Assembly (NCBI GenBank): GCA_005884455.1
Contig: VBCH01000219.1
Span: 1-62,046 of the forward strand
Source: Betaproteobacteria bacterium
Lineage (GTDB): Bacteria > Pseudomonadota > Gammaproteobacteria > Burkholderiales > SG8-39
Length of the DNA: 62,046 nucleotides
Direction of reading: 5' to 3'
The first letter of the stretch is position 1. Each line of letters opens with the position of its first letter. Both the position numbers and the translations under genes were made by a program. The notes beneath the pieces are model-generated. The model was not told the origin of the DNA and did not search any database. It was given only the letters and a program-made list of their open reading frames with translations. Below, piece by piece: positions 17,674 through 28,796 of this stretch.

Positions 17674-18782
17674 TGGACGCGCCTCTGCTCGCCATCGAGA
17701 ACCTGCGCACTTATTTCTATTCACGGGCGAAACGCGCTTTTATCCGCTCGGTGGACGGCGTGAGTCTGGGTGTGACGCGCGGCGAAACGCTCGGCATCGT
17801 GGGCGAGAGCGGCAGCGGCAAGAGCGTCACCGCGCTTTCAGCCGCGGGCCTCGTCACCGCCGGGCCGGGCGTGATCAGCGGCCGCATCCACCTGAACTCG
17901 AACGGCGCGTCGCGCAACCTGCTCGACGGCTTGGAGAAATACGCGCGCGTCACGGAGCAGGATGGGCGCGTCGTGGCGGTGGAGAAGGACGAGCGCGGCT
18001 GGCGCAGGCGCTCGGAGACACTGATGGCGGGCGTGCGCGGCAAGGAGATCGCGATGATTTTCCAGAACCCGCGTTCGGCGCTGAATCCCTACTCCACGAT
18101 CGGCAAACAACTCGTCGAGACCATCCGCCTGCACACGAACCTCAAGCGCGAAAGCGAAGCGAGGGAACGCGCGATCCACTGGCTCGATCGCGTGCGCATC
18201 GATTCGCCCAGGCTGCGCTTTGACAACTTCCCCTTCGGTATGTCCGGCGGCATGTGCCAGCGCGCCATGATCGCGATGGCGCTTTCTGCCGAACCCTCGC
18301 TCCTGATCGCGGATGAGCCGACCACCGGGCTCGACGCCACCATACAGTCCCGCATCGTGGACTTGCTGGCCGAGCTCAAGGCCGAGACCGGCATCACCAC
18401 GCTGCTCATCAGCCACGACATCAGCGTGATCCAGCGCCTCTCGGATCGCATTGCGGTGATGTACGGCGGCACGGTGGTGGAGACCGGTCGTGCCGCGGAG
18501 GTGCTCGCGCCCGAGGCGAAGGTACGCCACCCGTATACCGCGGCGCTCCTCGCCTCGATCCCCAGCGCGGAGACGATACGCCGGAAAAGCTATCTGCAGG
18601 CGATAGAAGGCGAGGTGCTCGATACCATCGAGGTGCCGCGGGGTTGCCGTTTCTACGGTCGCTGCAACCGAGTCACCGAGGCGATCCGCGAAAACTGCGC
18701 CGGGCTCGAACCCCCGCTCGGCGAGGTCGCGCCCGGTCACAAGGTGCGCTGCTGGCTGTACCCGTCACCGGGAAAAGCATGA
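17673..18782 (+). CDS. Peptide-type ABC transporter ATP-binding protein (DppD/OppD-like)
   Basis: The ATG at 17673 overlaps the upstream TGA. Walker A GESGSGKSV, LSGGMCQR, LLIADEPTTGLD. It is the in-frame tail of the artefactual 999-aa track ORF. Confidence 0.9.
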   Translation: MDAPLLAIENLRTYFYSRAKRAFIRSVDGVSLGVTRGETLGIVGESGSGKSVTALSAAGLVTAGPGVISGRIHLNSNGASRNLLDGLEKYARVTEQDGRVVAVEKDERGWRRRSETLMAGVRGKEIAMIFQNPRSALNPYSTIGKQLVETIRLHTNLKRESEARERAIHWLDRVRIDSPRLRFDNFPFGMSGGMCQRAMIAMALSAEPSLLIADEPTTGLDATIQSRIVDLLAELKAETGITTLLISHDISVIQRLSDRIAVMYGGTVVETGRAAEVLAPEAKVRHPYTAALLASIPSAETIRRKSYLQAIEGEVLDTIEVPRGCRFYGRCNRVTEAIRENCAGLEPPLGEVAPGHKVRCWLYPSPGKA

Positions 18783-19798
18783 GCCGCACCATTCTCGAGG
18801 TCACCGACCTGCGCAAGGACTACAGGCAGCGTCGCGGACTCGTCTCGATGCTGACCGGTCAGGGGCGCGTGATTCCGGCGGTCGACGGCGTGAGCTTCTA
18901 TCTCAGGGAAAACGAAACCGTCGGCCTGGTCGGGGAGTCCGGCTGCGGCAAGACCACGATCGGGCGCACGGTGCTGCGGCTGACCGACGCGAGCAGCGGG
19001 CGCATCGTGTTCGACGGGCGCGACATCACCACCTTGAGCCGCGCCGAGTTGCGCCCGCTGCGACGCGAGATGCAGATGATCTTTCAGGACCTCGACGCGG
19101 GGCTGAACCCGGAGATGCGCGTGCGCGACATCCTGCGCGAGGCTCTCACCGTGCACGAGCGCCCGAGCGACGCCGAAATCGCGGGCCGCGTCCGCGAGCT
19201 GCTGGAGCAAGTGAGTCTCAAGGACAGCAAGCTCGCAAACTTCCCCTCGGAACTTTCCGGCGGCGAGAAGCGCCGCGTCGGGATCGCGCGCGTGCTCGCA
19301 GTGCGCCCGCGCCTGATCGTCGCCGACGAGCCGACGAGCGCGCTCGACATCTCGATCCAGGCGCAGGTGGTGAACCTGCTGCGCGACCTGCAGAAAAACC
19401 TGGGGCTCACGTATCTGTTCATCTCGCACGACCTCCCGGTCGTGGAGCTGGTCAGCCAGAAGGTCGCGGTCATGTATCTGGGACGCATCGTCGAGATGGG
19501 CCTGGCGGAGAGGATCGCGCACCAGCCGCGCCATCCCTACACGGGCATCCTATGGTCGTCGCTCGCGGATAAGCAGACCACGGAGGTGACCCGGCGCGTG
19601 ACCAACGTGGCCGTCGAGCGCGAACGCCGCACCTGGGGCGTGTTCGACTTCGAGCAGCCGACGAGCGGCTGCCGCTTCGCCCCGCGCTGCCCGCTGTACA
19701 AGGAAAAGGGCCGCCCCGCCATATGCACCGACCCCGCATCCGAGCCGCAGTTGAGAGACGTGGGGCACGGGCACGTAGTAGCGTGCCACTTCGCGTAG
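18779..19798 (+). CDS. Peptide-type ABC transporter ATP-binding protein (DppF/OppF-like)
   Basis: The ATG at 18779 overlaps the upstream stop (ATGA). Walker [30 protein letters not shown], plus a C-terminal Cys-containing oligopeptide-ATPase tail. Confidence 0.9.
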   Translation: MSRTILEVTDLRKDYRQRRGLVSMLTGQGRVIPAVDGVSFYLRENETVGLVGESGCGKTTIGRTVLRLTDASSGRIVFDGRDITTLSRAELRPLRREMQMIFQDLDAGLNPEMRVRDILREALTVHERPSDAEIAGRVRELLEQVSLKDSKLANFPSELSGGEKRRVGIARVLAVRPRLIVADEPTSALDISIQAQVVNLLRDLQKNLGLTYLFISHDLPVVELVSQKVAVMYLGRIVEMGLAERIAHQPRHPYTGILWSSLADKQTTEVTRRVTNVAVERERRTWGVFDFEQPTSGCRFAPRCPLYKEKGRPAICTDPASEPQLRDVGHGHVVACHFA

Positions 19799-19824
19799 GG
19801 ACCGACGGGATACTCTCTCCCACC

Positions 19825-22800
19825 CTACATATTACGGCGGTATTGGCCTCCCACCTCGAACAGCGCCGAGGTGATCTGGCCGAGGGAGCAGCAGCGCACC
19901 GCGTCCATCAGCACCGCGAAGACGTTCTCGTCATCGATCACCGCCTGTTGCAGGCGTTTCAGCATCGGAGCCGATTCGGCCTTGTGCCGCTCGTGAAACT
20001 CGGCTAGGCGCCTGAGCTGAGACTGCTTTTCCTTCTCGCTCGAGCGGATCAGCTCGAGCTTCTGCGGGACTGGATCTCCGCGGGGGTTGCGGAAGGTGTT
20101 GACCCCGATGATCGGATACGAGCCGTCGTGCTTCCTGTGCTCGTAGAGCATCGAATCTTCCTGGATCTTGCCGCGCTGGTAGCCGGTCTCCATCGCGCCG
20201 AGCACGCCGCCGCGCTCGGCGATCGCCTCGAACTCCTTCAGCACCGCCTCCTCGACGAGATCGGTCAGGGTCTCGACGATGAACGAGCCCTGGTTCGGAT
20301 TCTCGTTCTTTCCCAGTCCCCATTCCCGGTTGATGACGAGCTGGATCGCCATGGCGCGGCGCACCGACTCCTCGGTAGGCGTAGTGATCGCCTCATCGTA
20401 CGCGTTGGTGTGCAGCGAGTTAGTGTTGTCGTAGGTCGAGATCAGGGCTTGCAGCGTGGTGCGGATATCGTTGAACGCGATCTCCTGGGCGTGCAGCGAG
20501 CGCCCGGATGTCTGCGAATGGAACTTGAGCTTCTGGCTGCGCTCGTTCGCGCCGTACTTGTCGCGCATCGCTATCGCCCAGATGCGCCGCGCCACGCGCC
20601 CGAGCACGGCGTACTCGGGCTCCATTCCGTAGCTGAAGAAAAACGACAGGCTCGGCGCGAAATCGTCGATCTTCATGCCGCGGGCCAGGTACGCCTCGAC
20701 GAAAGTGAAGCCGTTGGCGAGCGTAAACGCGAGCTGCGAGATCGGGTTCGCGCCGGCTTCTGCGATGTGATAGCCCGAGATCGATGCGGAGTAGAAATTG
20801 CGCACGTCGTGGCCGATGAAGTATTCCTGGATGTCGCCCATCACCTTGAGGGAGAACTCGGTCGAGAAGATGCAGGTGTTCTGCCCCTGGTCCTCCTTGA
20901 GGATGTCCGCCTGCACCGTGCCGCGAACGGCCGAAAGCGTCCGCGCCTTGATGTCCCCGTGCTCGGCGGCAGTCGGCTCGCGGGCATTGCTCCCTCTGAA
21001 CTTGTCGATTTGCTGGTCGATGGCGCAGTTGAGGAACATCGCGAGGATCGTCGGCGCCGGCCCGTTGATCGTCATGCTGACGCTCGTCGCCGGATCGCAC
21101 AGTTCGAAGCCCGAGTAGAGCACTTTCATGTCTTCCAGCGTGGCGATGGATACGCCCGAGTTGCCGACCTTGCCGTAGATGTCCGGGCGCAGGTCCGGGT
21201 CGAAGCCGTAGAGCGTCACCGAATCGAACGCGGTCGAGAGGCGTTTCGCCGGCATGTCTTTCGACAGCAGATGGAAGCGGTTGTTAGTGCGGAACGGATC
21301 GCCTTCACCCGCGAACATGCGCGTCGGATCCTCGTTCTCTCGCTTGAAGGAAAATACGCCTGCGGTGAAAGGGAAGGAACCCGGCAGGTTCTCGCGCATG
21401 CGCCATTTCAGGATCTCGCCATGGTCCTCGAAGCCGGGCAGGGCGACTTTCGGCACCTTGGTCCCCGAAAGGGAAATCGTGTTGAGCCGGGTGCGGATCT
21501 CCCGCTCGCGCACCCTGACCACCTGCTCGTCGCCGGCGTAGGTTTTCTTCGTTTCCGTCCAGTCCTCGATGAGCTCCCGGGAACGCGCGTCGAGCCTGGC
21601 GTCTTTCTCCTCGATGAGCGGATCCAGCGCCGCGGAGCCCTTGCCCGCCGCGGAGAGCATCGCTTTGGCTGCGAGCAGCTGCTGCCGCTCGCGCGCCACC
21701 CTCGATTGCTCGCCGGCGCGGGTGTGGTAGCCGCGCACGGTGTCCGCGACCTCGGCAAGGTAGCGGCTGCGCGAGGGCGGGACGATCGCGTTTCTCGCGG
21801 AGGAGGCGCGCGCCTTGACCGGGGGAAGCGAGCCCGGCTTGATCTTCAGACCGTGCTCGGCGAGCGCGGGCAGGATGCCCTGGTAGAGAGCGGTGACGCC
21901 GTCGTCGTTGAAGCGCGAGGCGATGGTGCCGTAGACCGGCATCTCCTCGGCGGAGCGGTCGAAAAGCCTGCGGTTGCGCTGGACCTGCTTGCGAACATCG
22001 CGCAGCGCGTCCTCGCCGCCTTTGCGGTCGAACTTGTTGATGGCGACGAAGTCCGCAAAATCGAGCATGTCGATTTTCTCGAGCTGGCTCGGCGCGCCGT
22101 ACTCGGGCGTCATCACGTAGAGCGAAGCATCGACGAGCGGCACGATCGCCGCATCGCCCTGGCCGATACCGGAGGTCTCCACGAGCACGAGGTCGAATCC
22201 GGCGATCTTGCAGGCCGCAATCACCTCGGGAAGACTCTTGGAGATTTCGCTTTCAGCGCCGCGCGTGGCAAGCGAGCGCATGAACACGCGGCTTCCCGCG
22301 ATGGCGTTCATGCGGATGCGGTCGCCGAGCAGCGCCCCGCCGGATTTCCGGCGCGAAGGATCGACGGCGAGGATCGCGATGCCGAGGCGGTCTTCCTGGT
22401 CGAGGCGGAGCCGGCGCACCAGCTCGTCGGCGAGCGAGGATTTTCCCGAGCCTCCGGTGCCCGTCACCCCGAGCACCGGCACGGAGAGCGCGTCGGCTTC
22501 CTTCTGGATCCGGTCGCGAAGCTTGTGGTCGATCGCGCCGTTCTCGAGCGCCGTGATCAGGCGCGCAAGCCCCCGGCGGTCGCCGCCTTTGACGCCGTTC
22601 AACTCCTTGGGCGCATGCCGCGACAAGTCCTGGTCGCAGCGCTCGAGCATGTCGTTGATCATGCCCTGCAGGCCCATCTTCTGGCCGTCCTCGGGCGTAT
22701 AGATGCGCGCGACGCCGTAGGCCTGAAGCTCGCGAATCTCCTCGGCGACGATCACTCCTCCGCCGCCGCCGAACACCCTGATGTTCTCGCCTTCCCGCTC

Positions 22801-23079
22801 GCGCAGGAGATCGATCATGTACTTGAAGTATTCGACGTGGCCGCCCTGGTAGGAGGACACTGCGATGCCCTGGACGTCTTCCTGCAGCGCGGCGGTCACG
22901 ACTTCGTCGGCCGAGCGGTTGTGCCCGAGATGGATCACTTCGGCGCCGCTCGCCTGCAGGATGCGGCGCATGATGTTGATAGCGGCGTCGTGGCCGTCGA
23001 AGAGCGACGCCGCCGTCACGAAGCGGATCTTGTTCTTCGTCTTGTATTCGGTGTGCCGGGAGGCACTCAGATCGGTCAT
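19825..23079 (-). CDS. icmF: Fused isobutyryl-CoA mutase IcmF (B12-binding domain + MeaB-like GTPase + mutase catalytic domain)
   Basis: 1084 aa. N-terminal [23 protein letters not shown] (B12-binding), central P-loop [12 protein letters not shown], and a large C-terminal acyl-CoA mutase barrel. The size and domain order match IcmF. Confidence 0.9.
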   Translation of the reverse strand: MTDLSASRHTEYKTKNKIRFVTAASLFDGHDAAINIMRRILQASGAEVIHLGHNRSADEVVTAALQEDVQGIAVSSYQGGHVEYFKYMIDLLREREGENIRVFGGGGGVIVAEEIRELQAYGVARIYTPEDGQKMGLQGMINDMLERCDQDLSRHAPKELNGVKGGDRRGLARLITALENGAIDHKLRDRIQKEADALSVPVLGVTGTGGSGKSSLADELVRRLRLDQEDRLGIAILAVDPSRRKSGGALLGDRIRMNAIAGSRVFMRSLATRGAESEISKSLPEVIAACKIAGFDLVLVETSGIGQGDAAIVPLVDASLYVMTPEYGAPSQLEKIDMLDFADFVAINKFDRKGGEDALRDVRKQVQRNRRLFDRSAEEMPVYGTIASRFNDDGVTALYQGILPALAEHGLKIKPGSLPPVKARASSARNAIVPPSRSRYLAEVADTVRGYHTRAGEQSRVARERQQLLAAKAMLSAAGKGSAALDPLIEEKDARLDARSRELIEDWTETKKTYAGDEQVVRVREREIRTRLNTISLSGTKVPKVALPGFEDHGEILKWRMRENLPGSFPFTAGVFSFKRENEDPTRMFAGEGDPFRTNNRFHLLSKDMPAKRLSTAFDSVTLYGFDPDLRPDIYGKVGNSGVSIATLEDMKVLYSGFELCDPATSVSMTINGPAPTILAMFLNCAIDQQIDKFRGSNAREPTAAEHGDIKARTLSAVRGTVQADILKEDQGQNTCIFSTEFSLKVMGDIQEYFIGHDVRNFYSASISGYHIAEAGANPISQLAFTLANGFTFVEAYLARGMKIDDFAPSLSFFFSYGMEPEYAVLGRVARRIWAIAMRDKYGANERSQKLKFHSQTSGRSLHAQEIAFNDIRTTLQALISTYDNTNSLHTNAYDEAITTPTEESVRRAMAIQLVINREWGLGKNENPNQGSFIVETLTDLVEEAVLKEFEAIAERGGVLGAMETGYQRGKIQEDSMLYEHRKHDGSYPIIGVNTFRNPRGDPVPQKLELIRSSEKEKQSQLRRLAEFHERHKAESAPMLKRLQQAVIDDENVFAVLMDAVRCCSLGQITSALFEVGGQYRRNM

Positions 23080-23118
23080 GGCTGCCCCAACGCGTCCGGA
23101 TCGGGCTGGAGAAACGGG

Positions 23119-23148
23119 AGGCTACTTTACGTTTACGTAAACGTCAAG
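23119..23148 (-). promoter_or_regulatory. Candidate icmF promoter (TTGACG-17-TAGCCT on the minus strand) with an embedded near-perfect 24-bp palindrome (operator candidate)
   Basis: ACGTTTACGTAAACGT (23129-23144) is its own reverse complement. The extended CTTTACGTTTACGTAAACGTCAAG (23125-23148) is 22/24 symmetric. It fills the spacer and overlaps the -35 hexamer. Confidence 0.4.
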
Positions 23149-23200
23149 CTGGTTCCATCCTCAGGCCACAGTCTATCCCTTCGCGCGACCGTGCATCCTG

Positions 23201-25528
23201 TCAGATCGCGGCGTGGCGCAGTCTCAACGCGTTGACGACGACCGATACCGAGCTTGCGCTCATCGCGGCGGCTGCGAACATCGGGTTCAGAAGCAGGCCG
23301 GTCCAGGGGAAGAGCACCCCCGCCGCAATCGGCACGCCGATAGCGTTGTAGACGAAAGCCAGGAACAAATTCTGGCGAATATTGCGCATCGTGGCGCGCG
23401 AGAGCCGCCGCGCGCGCACGATTCCGCGCAGGTCGCCCTTGACGAGGGTGATGCCCGAGCTCCGGATCGCCACATCGGCCCCGGTGCCCATGGCGATACC
23501 GACGTCGGCTTCGGCGAGCGCCGGGGCGTCGTTCACGCCGTCGCCCGCCATCGCCACCGTGCGACCCTCGGCGCGAAGCGCCCTGACTGCAGCGCCTTTT
23601 TCATGGGGCAGAACGTCGGCGCGCGTTTCGGCAATGCCGAGTTTCCTCGCCACCGCCTGGGCCGTGATCAGGTTGTCGCCGGTGAGCATCACGACACGAA
23701 TGCCTTCGGCTGCAAGCGACTGCAATGCTTCTGGCGTGGAAGACTTGATGGGATCGGCAACGCCGATGATCCCGGCAACGCGCCCGCCTTCCACGAGGAA
23801 CACCACGGTCTCGCCGTTGCCGCGCATCGCGTCCGCCCTATCCCTGAGGGCCTGCGGTACTTGGGCGAGCGAGTCGGCGAAACGCGCGTTGCCGAGCGCG
23901 GCGGTCCGGCCGTCGACTTTTCCCTCCACTCCCTTGCCCGTGACCGCATTGAAGCCCTCGACGCTCAGCAGCGCAATGCCCCGATCCCTGGCCCCTTGAA
24001 GGAGCGCCGCAGCGAGAGGATGCTCGCTGCCACGCTCGAGGCTCGCCGCAAGCTGCAACACATGTTCTTCGGTTGCTCCCTCGGCCGCGACAACCTTGGT
24101 GAGCCGGGGCTTGCCCTCCGTCAGCGTGCCGGTCTTGTCGACCACCAGCGTGTCGATCTTTTCCATGCGCTCGAGCGCCTCGGCGTTGCGTACAAGGACG
24201 CCGCCTTGAGCGCCTCGCCCGGTTCCGACCATGATCGACATCGGCGTCGCGAGCCCCAGGGCACAAGGGCAAGCGATGATCAGCACCGATACGGCGCTCA
24301 CGAGCGCAAAGCTCATCGCGGGCGGCGGGCCGTAGATCGACCAGACAACGAATGCAACCAGGGCGATGCCAACGACCGCGGGAACAAAATAAGACGAAAC
24401 CAGATCGGCGAGGTTCTGGATGGGAGCGCGCGTACGCTGCGCCTCGGCGACCATCTGCACGATTTGGGCGAGCAGCGTCTCCGCGCCGACGCGTTCCGCA
24501 CGCATCACGAAGCTCCCCGTGCCGTTGATCGTGCCACCCGTGACTTTGTCTCCAGGATGCTTTTCCACCGGCATCGGCTCGCCCGTGATCAGGGATTCGT
24601 CCACGCTCGAGTGCCCTTCCAGAACCTCGCCGTCAACCGGCACCTTTTCGCCCGGGCGCACCCGCAGGCGATCCCCCCGCTGCACTTGATCGAGAAGCAC
24701 TCCTTCATCACTGCCATCCGGGCGGATCCGGATCGCGGTATGGGGAGCGAGTTTGAGCAGCGCGCGAAGGGCGCTGCTCGTGTTTTCGCGCGCTCGCAAC
24801 TGGAGCACTTCGCCGAGCAGCACCAGCACCGCGATCACCGCCGACGCCTCGAAGTAGAGACCGACTCCTCCGTGGGAATCGCGAAACGCCGGAGGAAATA
24901 CTCCGGGTGCAAGCAATGCGACGGCGCTGTAGGCGAACGCCACGCCGATTCCGAGCGCAATCAGCGTGTACATGTTGAGGTTGCGCGACATCAGCGAATT
25001 CCAGCCGCGCACGAAGAAAGGCCACGCGGCCCAAAGAACCACCGGGACGCTCAGGATGAACTGAATCCAGCCGGAGAATTTTGGATTCGGCAACACCGCG
25101 TGCAGGCCGGGCAGGTGTTCAGCCATTGCCAAGCTAAAAACCGGAACCGTGAGCGCGAGTCCGATCCAGAACCGTCGCGCCATGTCGAGCAGCTCGGGGT
25201 AGGGCTGGTCGTCTGCGCTTGGCGCGACAGGCTCGAGCGCCATGCCGCATTTCGGGCAATTTCCGGGTCCGATCTGCCGGATCTCCGGGTGCATCGGGCA
25301 GGTATAGATCGCTTCCGGCGCGGTGCCGGGCAGCGAGGCGGGCTTCCCTGCCGCCTTGATGTACCGTTCGGGCTCGGCAGCGAACTTGTCGAGACAATGC
25401 CGGCTGCAGAAATACCAGAGTCGGCCGGCGTGCGAGTGCTTGTATTTGGCGGCCGAAGTATCCAGCGGCATGCCGCAAACCGGGTCGAGTGCAAATCCCG
25501 GGGAAGGCGGTGCTTCAGTCTCCGACAC
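23201..25528 (-). CDS. copA: Copper/silver-translocating P1B-type ATPase with YHS/TRASH-type and CPMHPE-type N-terminal metal-binding modules
   Basis: 775 aa, GTG start. DPVCGMPLD...[11 protein letters not shown] (YHS/TRASH-like); [26 protein letters not shown]; TM CPC motif [13 protein letters not shown]; DKTGTLT; GDGVNDAP. Confidence 0.9.
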   Translation of the reverse strand: MSETEAPPSPGFALDPVCGMPLDTSAAKYKHSHAGRLWYFCSRHCLDKFAAEPERYIKAAGKPASLPGTAPEAIYTCPMHPEIRQIGPGNCPKCGMALEPVAPSADDQPYPELLDMARRFWIGLALTVPVFSLAMAEHLPGLHAVLPNPKFSGWIQFILSVPVVLWAAWPFFVRGWNSLMSRNLNMYTLIALGIGVAFAYSAVALLAPGVFPPAFRDSHGGVGLYFEASAVIAVLVLLGEVLQLRARENTSSALRALLKLAPHTAIRIRPDGSDEGVLLDQVQRGDRLRVRPGEKVPVDGEVLEGHSSVDESLITGEPMPVEKHPGDKVTGGTINGTGSFVMRAERVGAETLLAQIVQMVAEAQRTRAPIQNLADLVSSYFVPAVVGIALVAFVVWSIYGPPPAMSFALVSAVSVLIIACPCALGLATPMSIMVGTGRGAQGGVLVRNAEALERMEKIDTLVVDKTGTLTEGKPRLTKVVAAEGATEEHVLQLAASLERGSEHPLAAALLQGARDRGIALLSVEGFNAVTGKGVEGKVDGRTAALGNARFADSLAQVPQALRDRADAMRGNGETVVFLVEGGRVAGIIGVADPIKSSTPEALQSLAAEGIRVVMLTGDNLITAQAVARKLGIAETRADVLPHEKGAAVRALRAEGRTVAMAGDGVNDAPALAEADVGIAMGTGADVAIRSSGITLVKGDLRGIVRARRLSRATMRNIRQNLFLAFVYNAIGVPIAAGVLFPWTGLLLNPMFAAAAMSASSVSVVVNALRLRHAAI

Positions 25529-25536
25529 CGAGCCGC

Positions 25537-27384
25537 CTACTCCACGGTCACCGATTTGGCGAGATTCCTGGGCTTGTCCACGTCGTTGCCCCGCTCCAGC
25601 GCCGCGTGGTAGGCGAGCAGCTGCAGGGGCACGGTATGCAGGATCGGAGACAGAAGACCGGCGTGATCGGGCATTCGGATGACGTGGACGCCGTCGCCCG
25701 CGACCATGCGCGTGTCCTCGTCGGCGAGCACATGCAGCTCGCCTCCCCGGGCGCGCACTTCCTGAAGGTTCGATTTGAGTTTTTCCAGAAGCGCGTCCTT
25801 GGGCGCAATGGCGATCACCGGCATGTTCTCGTCCACGAGCGCGAGCGGTCCATGCTTGAGCTCGCCCGCGGCGTAGGCCTCGGCGTGAATGTAGGAGATC
25901 TCCTTGAGCTTGAGCGCGCCCTCCATCGCGATGGGGTAGTGGATGCCGCGTCCCAGGAACAGGGCGTGCTCAAGCTGGGCGAATTTCCGCGACCACATCT
26001 TCACCTGCGGCTCCACGTGCAGCACGCGCTCCAGCGCCCGCGGCAAATGCCGAAGCGAATGCAGCAGCTCCGCTTCGCGCGCCGCCGGCAACCTGCCTCG
26101 CATCTTGGCGAGGGTCATGGTGAGGAGCACCAGCGCGGCAAGTTGCGTGGTAAACGCCTTGGTCGAGGCCACACCGATCTCCGGCCCCGCGCGCGTGAGG
26201 AAGCGCAGATTGGACGCGCGTACCAGCGAGGACTCGGGCACGTTGCAGATCGAGAGAGCGTAGCGGTGCCCCAGTGACTTGGCGTACTGCAAGGCGGCGA
26301 TGGTGTCCGCCGTCTCGCCGGACTGCGAAACGGTGATCACCAGCCCCTTCGGGTTCGGCACGGATTCCCGATAGCGGTATTCGCTCGCGATCTCGACGCT
26401 GCAGGGGACGCCGGCCAGCGCCTCGAGCCAATAGCGCGCGACCATCCCCGCGTGATAGCTCGTGCCGCAGGCGAGGATCAGCACCGAATCGACATCGCGG
26501 AAAATGCCCTCGGCCTCCGCGCCGAAGAGCTGCGGGGAGACGGACCGCGCGCCCGTCACCATCTCCAGGGTGTTCGCCACCGCCATGGGCTGCTCGAAGA
26601 TCTCCTTCTGCATGTAGTGCCGGTAGTGCCCCAGTTCGACCGCGTCGGCGGTGAGCTGCGACATATGCACCGGGCGGCTTACCGCCTTGCCGCCCGAGTC
26701 GCTGATGCGCACCCCATCGAGCGTGAGTTCGGCGCAGTCGCCGTCTTCGAGGTAGACGACGCGCTGCGTGACCTGAATGAGCGCCGAAGTATCGGAGGCG
26801 GCGAAATTCTCGCCCTCGCCGAGGCCGAGCAAGAGCGGCGCCCCGTGGCGCGCGACCACCAGCCGCGAAGGATCGGATTCGCTCACTACCGCGATCGCGT
26901 AGGCGCCGACCAGCTCGACCACGCTCTTTCTCACGGCGTCGAACAAGGTCGCGCCCGACTGCAGGTTCGAGTGGACGAGGTGGGCGATGACCTCGGTATC
27001 GGTATCGGAGACGAACTCGTATCCCTTGGCGCGCAGGCGCCTTCGCATCTCTTCGTGGTTCTCGATGATGCCGTTGTGCACCACCGACACCCCGCCCGAG
27101 AGGTGCGGATGGGCATTTTTCTCCGACGGCACGCCGTGGGTGGCCCAGCGCGTATGCGCGATCCCGGTGACCCCGGCGAGGCCCTGCGAGCCGGCGAGCT
27201 TCTCAAGCTCCGCGACGCGACCCGTCGAGCGGACACGGCGCAACGTCGCCCGCGATCCGGCGGCCATCCCGTCGAGGACCGCGACCCCGGCGGAATCGTA
27301 GCCGCGATACTCGAGCCGCTTCAGTCCCTCGATGAGGACGGGAACGATGTTGCGTTTGGCTATCGCTCCAACTATTCCGCACAT
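25537..27384 (-). CDS. glmS: Glutamine--fructose-6-phosphate aminotransferase
   Basis: 615 aa with the N-terminal MCGIVG nucleophile, two SIS domains and a C-terminal ...KSVTVE. Confidence 0.97.
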   Translation of the reverse strand: MCGIVGAIAKRNIVPVLIEGLKRLEYRGYDSAGVAVLDGMAAGSRATLRRVRSTGRVAELEKLAGSQGLAGVTGIAHTRWATHGVPSEKNAHPHLSGGVSVVHNGIIENHEEMRRRLRAKGYEFVSDTDTEVIAHLVHSNLQSGATLFDAVRKSVVELVGAYAIAVVSESDPSRLVVARHGAPLLLGLGEGENFAASDTSALIQVTQRVVYLEDGDCAELTLDGVRISDSGGKAVSRPVHMSQLTADAVELGHYRHYMQKEIFEQPMAVANTLEMVTGARSVSPQLFGAEAEGIFRDVDSVLILACGTSYHAGMVARYWLEALAGVPCSVEIASEYRYRESVPNPKGLVITVSQSGETADTIAALQYAKSLGHRYALSICNVPESSLVRASNLRFLTRAGPEIGVASTKAFTTQLAALVLLTMTLAKMRGRLPAAREAELLHSLRHLPRALERVLHVEPQVKMWSRKFAQLEHALFLGRGIHYPIAMEGALKLKEISYIHAEAYAAGELKHGPLALVDENMPVIAIAPKDALLEKLKSNLQEVRARGGELHVLADEDTRMVAGDGVHVIRMPDHAGLLSPILHTVPLQLLAYHAALERGNDVDKPRNLAKSVTVE

Positions 27385-27400
27385 GCGGTTTGCCTTTCGA

Positions 27401-28759
27401 TCACTTCTTCTTGACGGGCCGCTCCCAGCCCGGAACCGAAACCTGCTTCACGCGGGACAGGGTCAGCTCCCCCGCCGGGGCGTCTTGGGTGAGCGTGGTT
27501 CCCGCGCCGAGCGTCGCGCCGCGACCCACGCGCACCGGCGCGACGAGCTGGGTGTCCGAGCCTATAAAAACGTCGTCCTCGATGACGGTGCGGTGCTTGT
27601 TCGCTCCGTCGTAGTTGCACACGATCGTGCCGGCGCCGACATTGACGTTCCTGCCCACCTCGCTGTCGCCGATGTAGGTAAGGTGATTCGCCTTGGAACC
27701 TGCGCCTATGCTACTCGCCTTGACCTCCACGAAGTTGCCGATGTGCACGCCCTCGGCGAGGCGCGTGCGCGTGCCCGGACGGATGCGAGCGTAGGGGCCG
27801 ATGCGGCAGTCCGCGCCGATGTCCGCGTCCTCGAGGTGGCAGAAGGGCTCGATCCGCGTGCCCGCGCCGACTTTCACGTCCTTCAGCACGCAATTCGCGC
27901 CGACCGAGACGCCGTCGCCGAGCTTGACCTCGCCTTCGAACACGCAGTTGACGTCGACCGCCACGTCGCGTCCGCAGGCGAGGCTTCCGCGCACGTCGCA
28001 GCGCGACGGATCGGCGAGCGCCACCCCCTGCTCGAGGAGCGAGGCGGCGAGTCTACGCTGGTAAATGCGCTCCAACTCGGCGAGCTCGGCGCGGCTGTTC
28101 ACGCCGAGCGCCTCCCACGACGCGTCCGCCTGGATTGCGGTCACGGATACGCGCTCCTTCGCTGCGAGCGAGACGATATCGGTGAGGTAATATTCCTTCT
28201 GTGCGTTGTTGTTTTGCAGCTTCGCGAGCCACGACTTGAGCTTGTTCGTCGGTGCCACGACGATCCCGGTGTTGATCTCGCGGAGGGCGCGCTGCCGCGC
28301 GCTCGCGTCCTTTTCTTCTACAATTCCCACCACCTTTTTTCCGTTTCGTAGGATGCGCCCGTATCCGGTGGGACTCTCGAGCGTCGCGGTCAGAAGGCCC
28401 AGGCCCTTCCCGGCGGCCTCGACGAGCTGCCTCAGTGTCTCGGCGCGAATCAACGGGACATCGCCGTAGAGCACGAGGGTCGGCCAGCGCTCGTCCAAAT
28501 GAGGGGCCGCCTGCATCACCGCGTGGCCGGTGCCAAGCTGAGGCTCCTGCATGACCCAGACGACGCCGTTCTCTTCAACGGCCTGGCGCACGAGCTCGCC
28601 GCCGTGGCCATAGACGACGCAGATGACCTTCGGCGAGAGTTGCTTCGCGGTATCGAAAACGTGCGCGAGCATCGCCCGGCCCGCCAGGCGATGCAACACC
28701 TTGGGCGTGCTCGAATGCATGCGCTTGCCCGGACCCGCGGCGAGAATGACGATATTCAC
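27401..28759 (-). CDS. glmU: Bifunctional UDP-N-acetylglucosamine pyrophosphorylase / glucosamine-1-phosphate N-acetyltransferase
   Basis: 452 aa with N-terminal LAAGPGKRM and C-terminal hexapeptide repeats. Directly upstream of glmS. Confidence 0.95.
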   Translation of the reverse strand: MNIVILAAGPGKRMHSSTPKVLHRLAGRAMLAHVFDTAKQLSPKVICVVYGHGGELVRQAVEENGVVWVMQEPQLGTGHAVMQAAPHLDERWPTLVLYGDVPLIRAETLRQLVEAAGKGLGLLTATLESPTGYGRILRNGKKVVGIVEEKDASARQRALREINTGIVVAPTNKLKSWLAKLQNNNAQKEYYLTDIVSLAAKERVSVTAIQADASWEALGVNSRAELAELERIYQRRLAASLLEQGVALADPSRCDVRGSLACGRDVAVDVNCVFEGEVKLGDGVSVGANCVLKDVKVGAGTRIEPFCHLEDADIGADCRIGPYARIRPGTRTRLAEGVHIGNFVEVKASSIGAGSKANHLTYIGDSEVGRNVNVGAGTIVCNYDGANKHRTVIEDDVFIGSDTQLVAPVRVGRGATLGAGTTLTQDAPAGELTLSRVKQVSVPGWERPVKKK

Positions 28760-28796
28760 AAAAAGCGGAAGGATCAGCCGGAGGAGCGATGTTAGC

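Noticed and set aside
15783-18782. 999-aa plus-strand ORF suggesting one giant protein across the dpp-like permease region
   Set aside because: Only the last 369 codons (from the ATG at 17673) are a bona fide ABC ATPase. The upstream part is out of frame with the two well-supported permease genes.
6581-19798. Horizontally acquired island hypothesis for the GGDEF / envelope / ABC block
   Set aside because: There are no flanking tRNA, integrase, transposase or direct repeats. By eye, GC content and third-position GC bias look the same as in neighbouring housekeeping genes. This was not computed.
23080-23200. Cobalamin riboswitch upstream of the B12-dependent icmF
   Set aside because: The gap is only 121 bp, and after the predicted promoter the leader would be about 30-40 nt. 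That is far too short, and no B12-box-like sequence is visible.
27385-27400. glmS ribozyme upstream of glmS
   Set aside because: Only 16 nt separate glmU and glmS, and the element is a Gram-positive feature not expected here.
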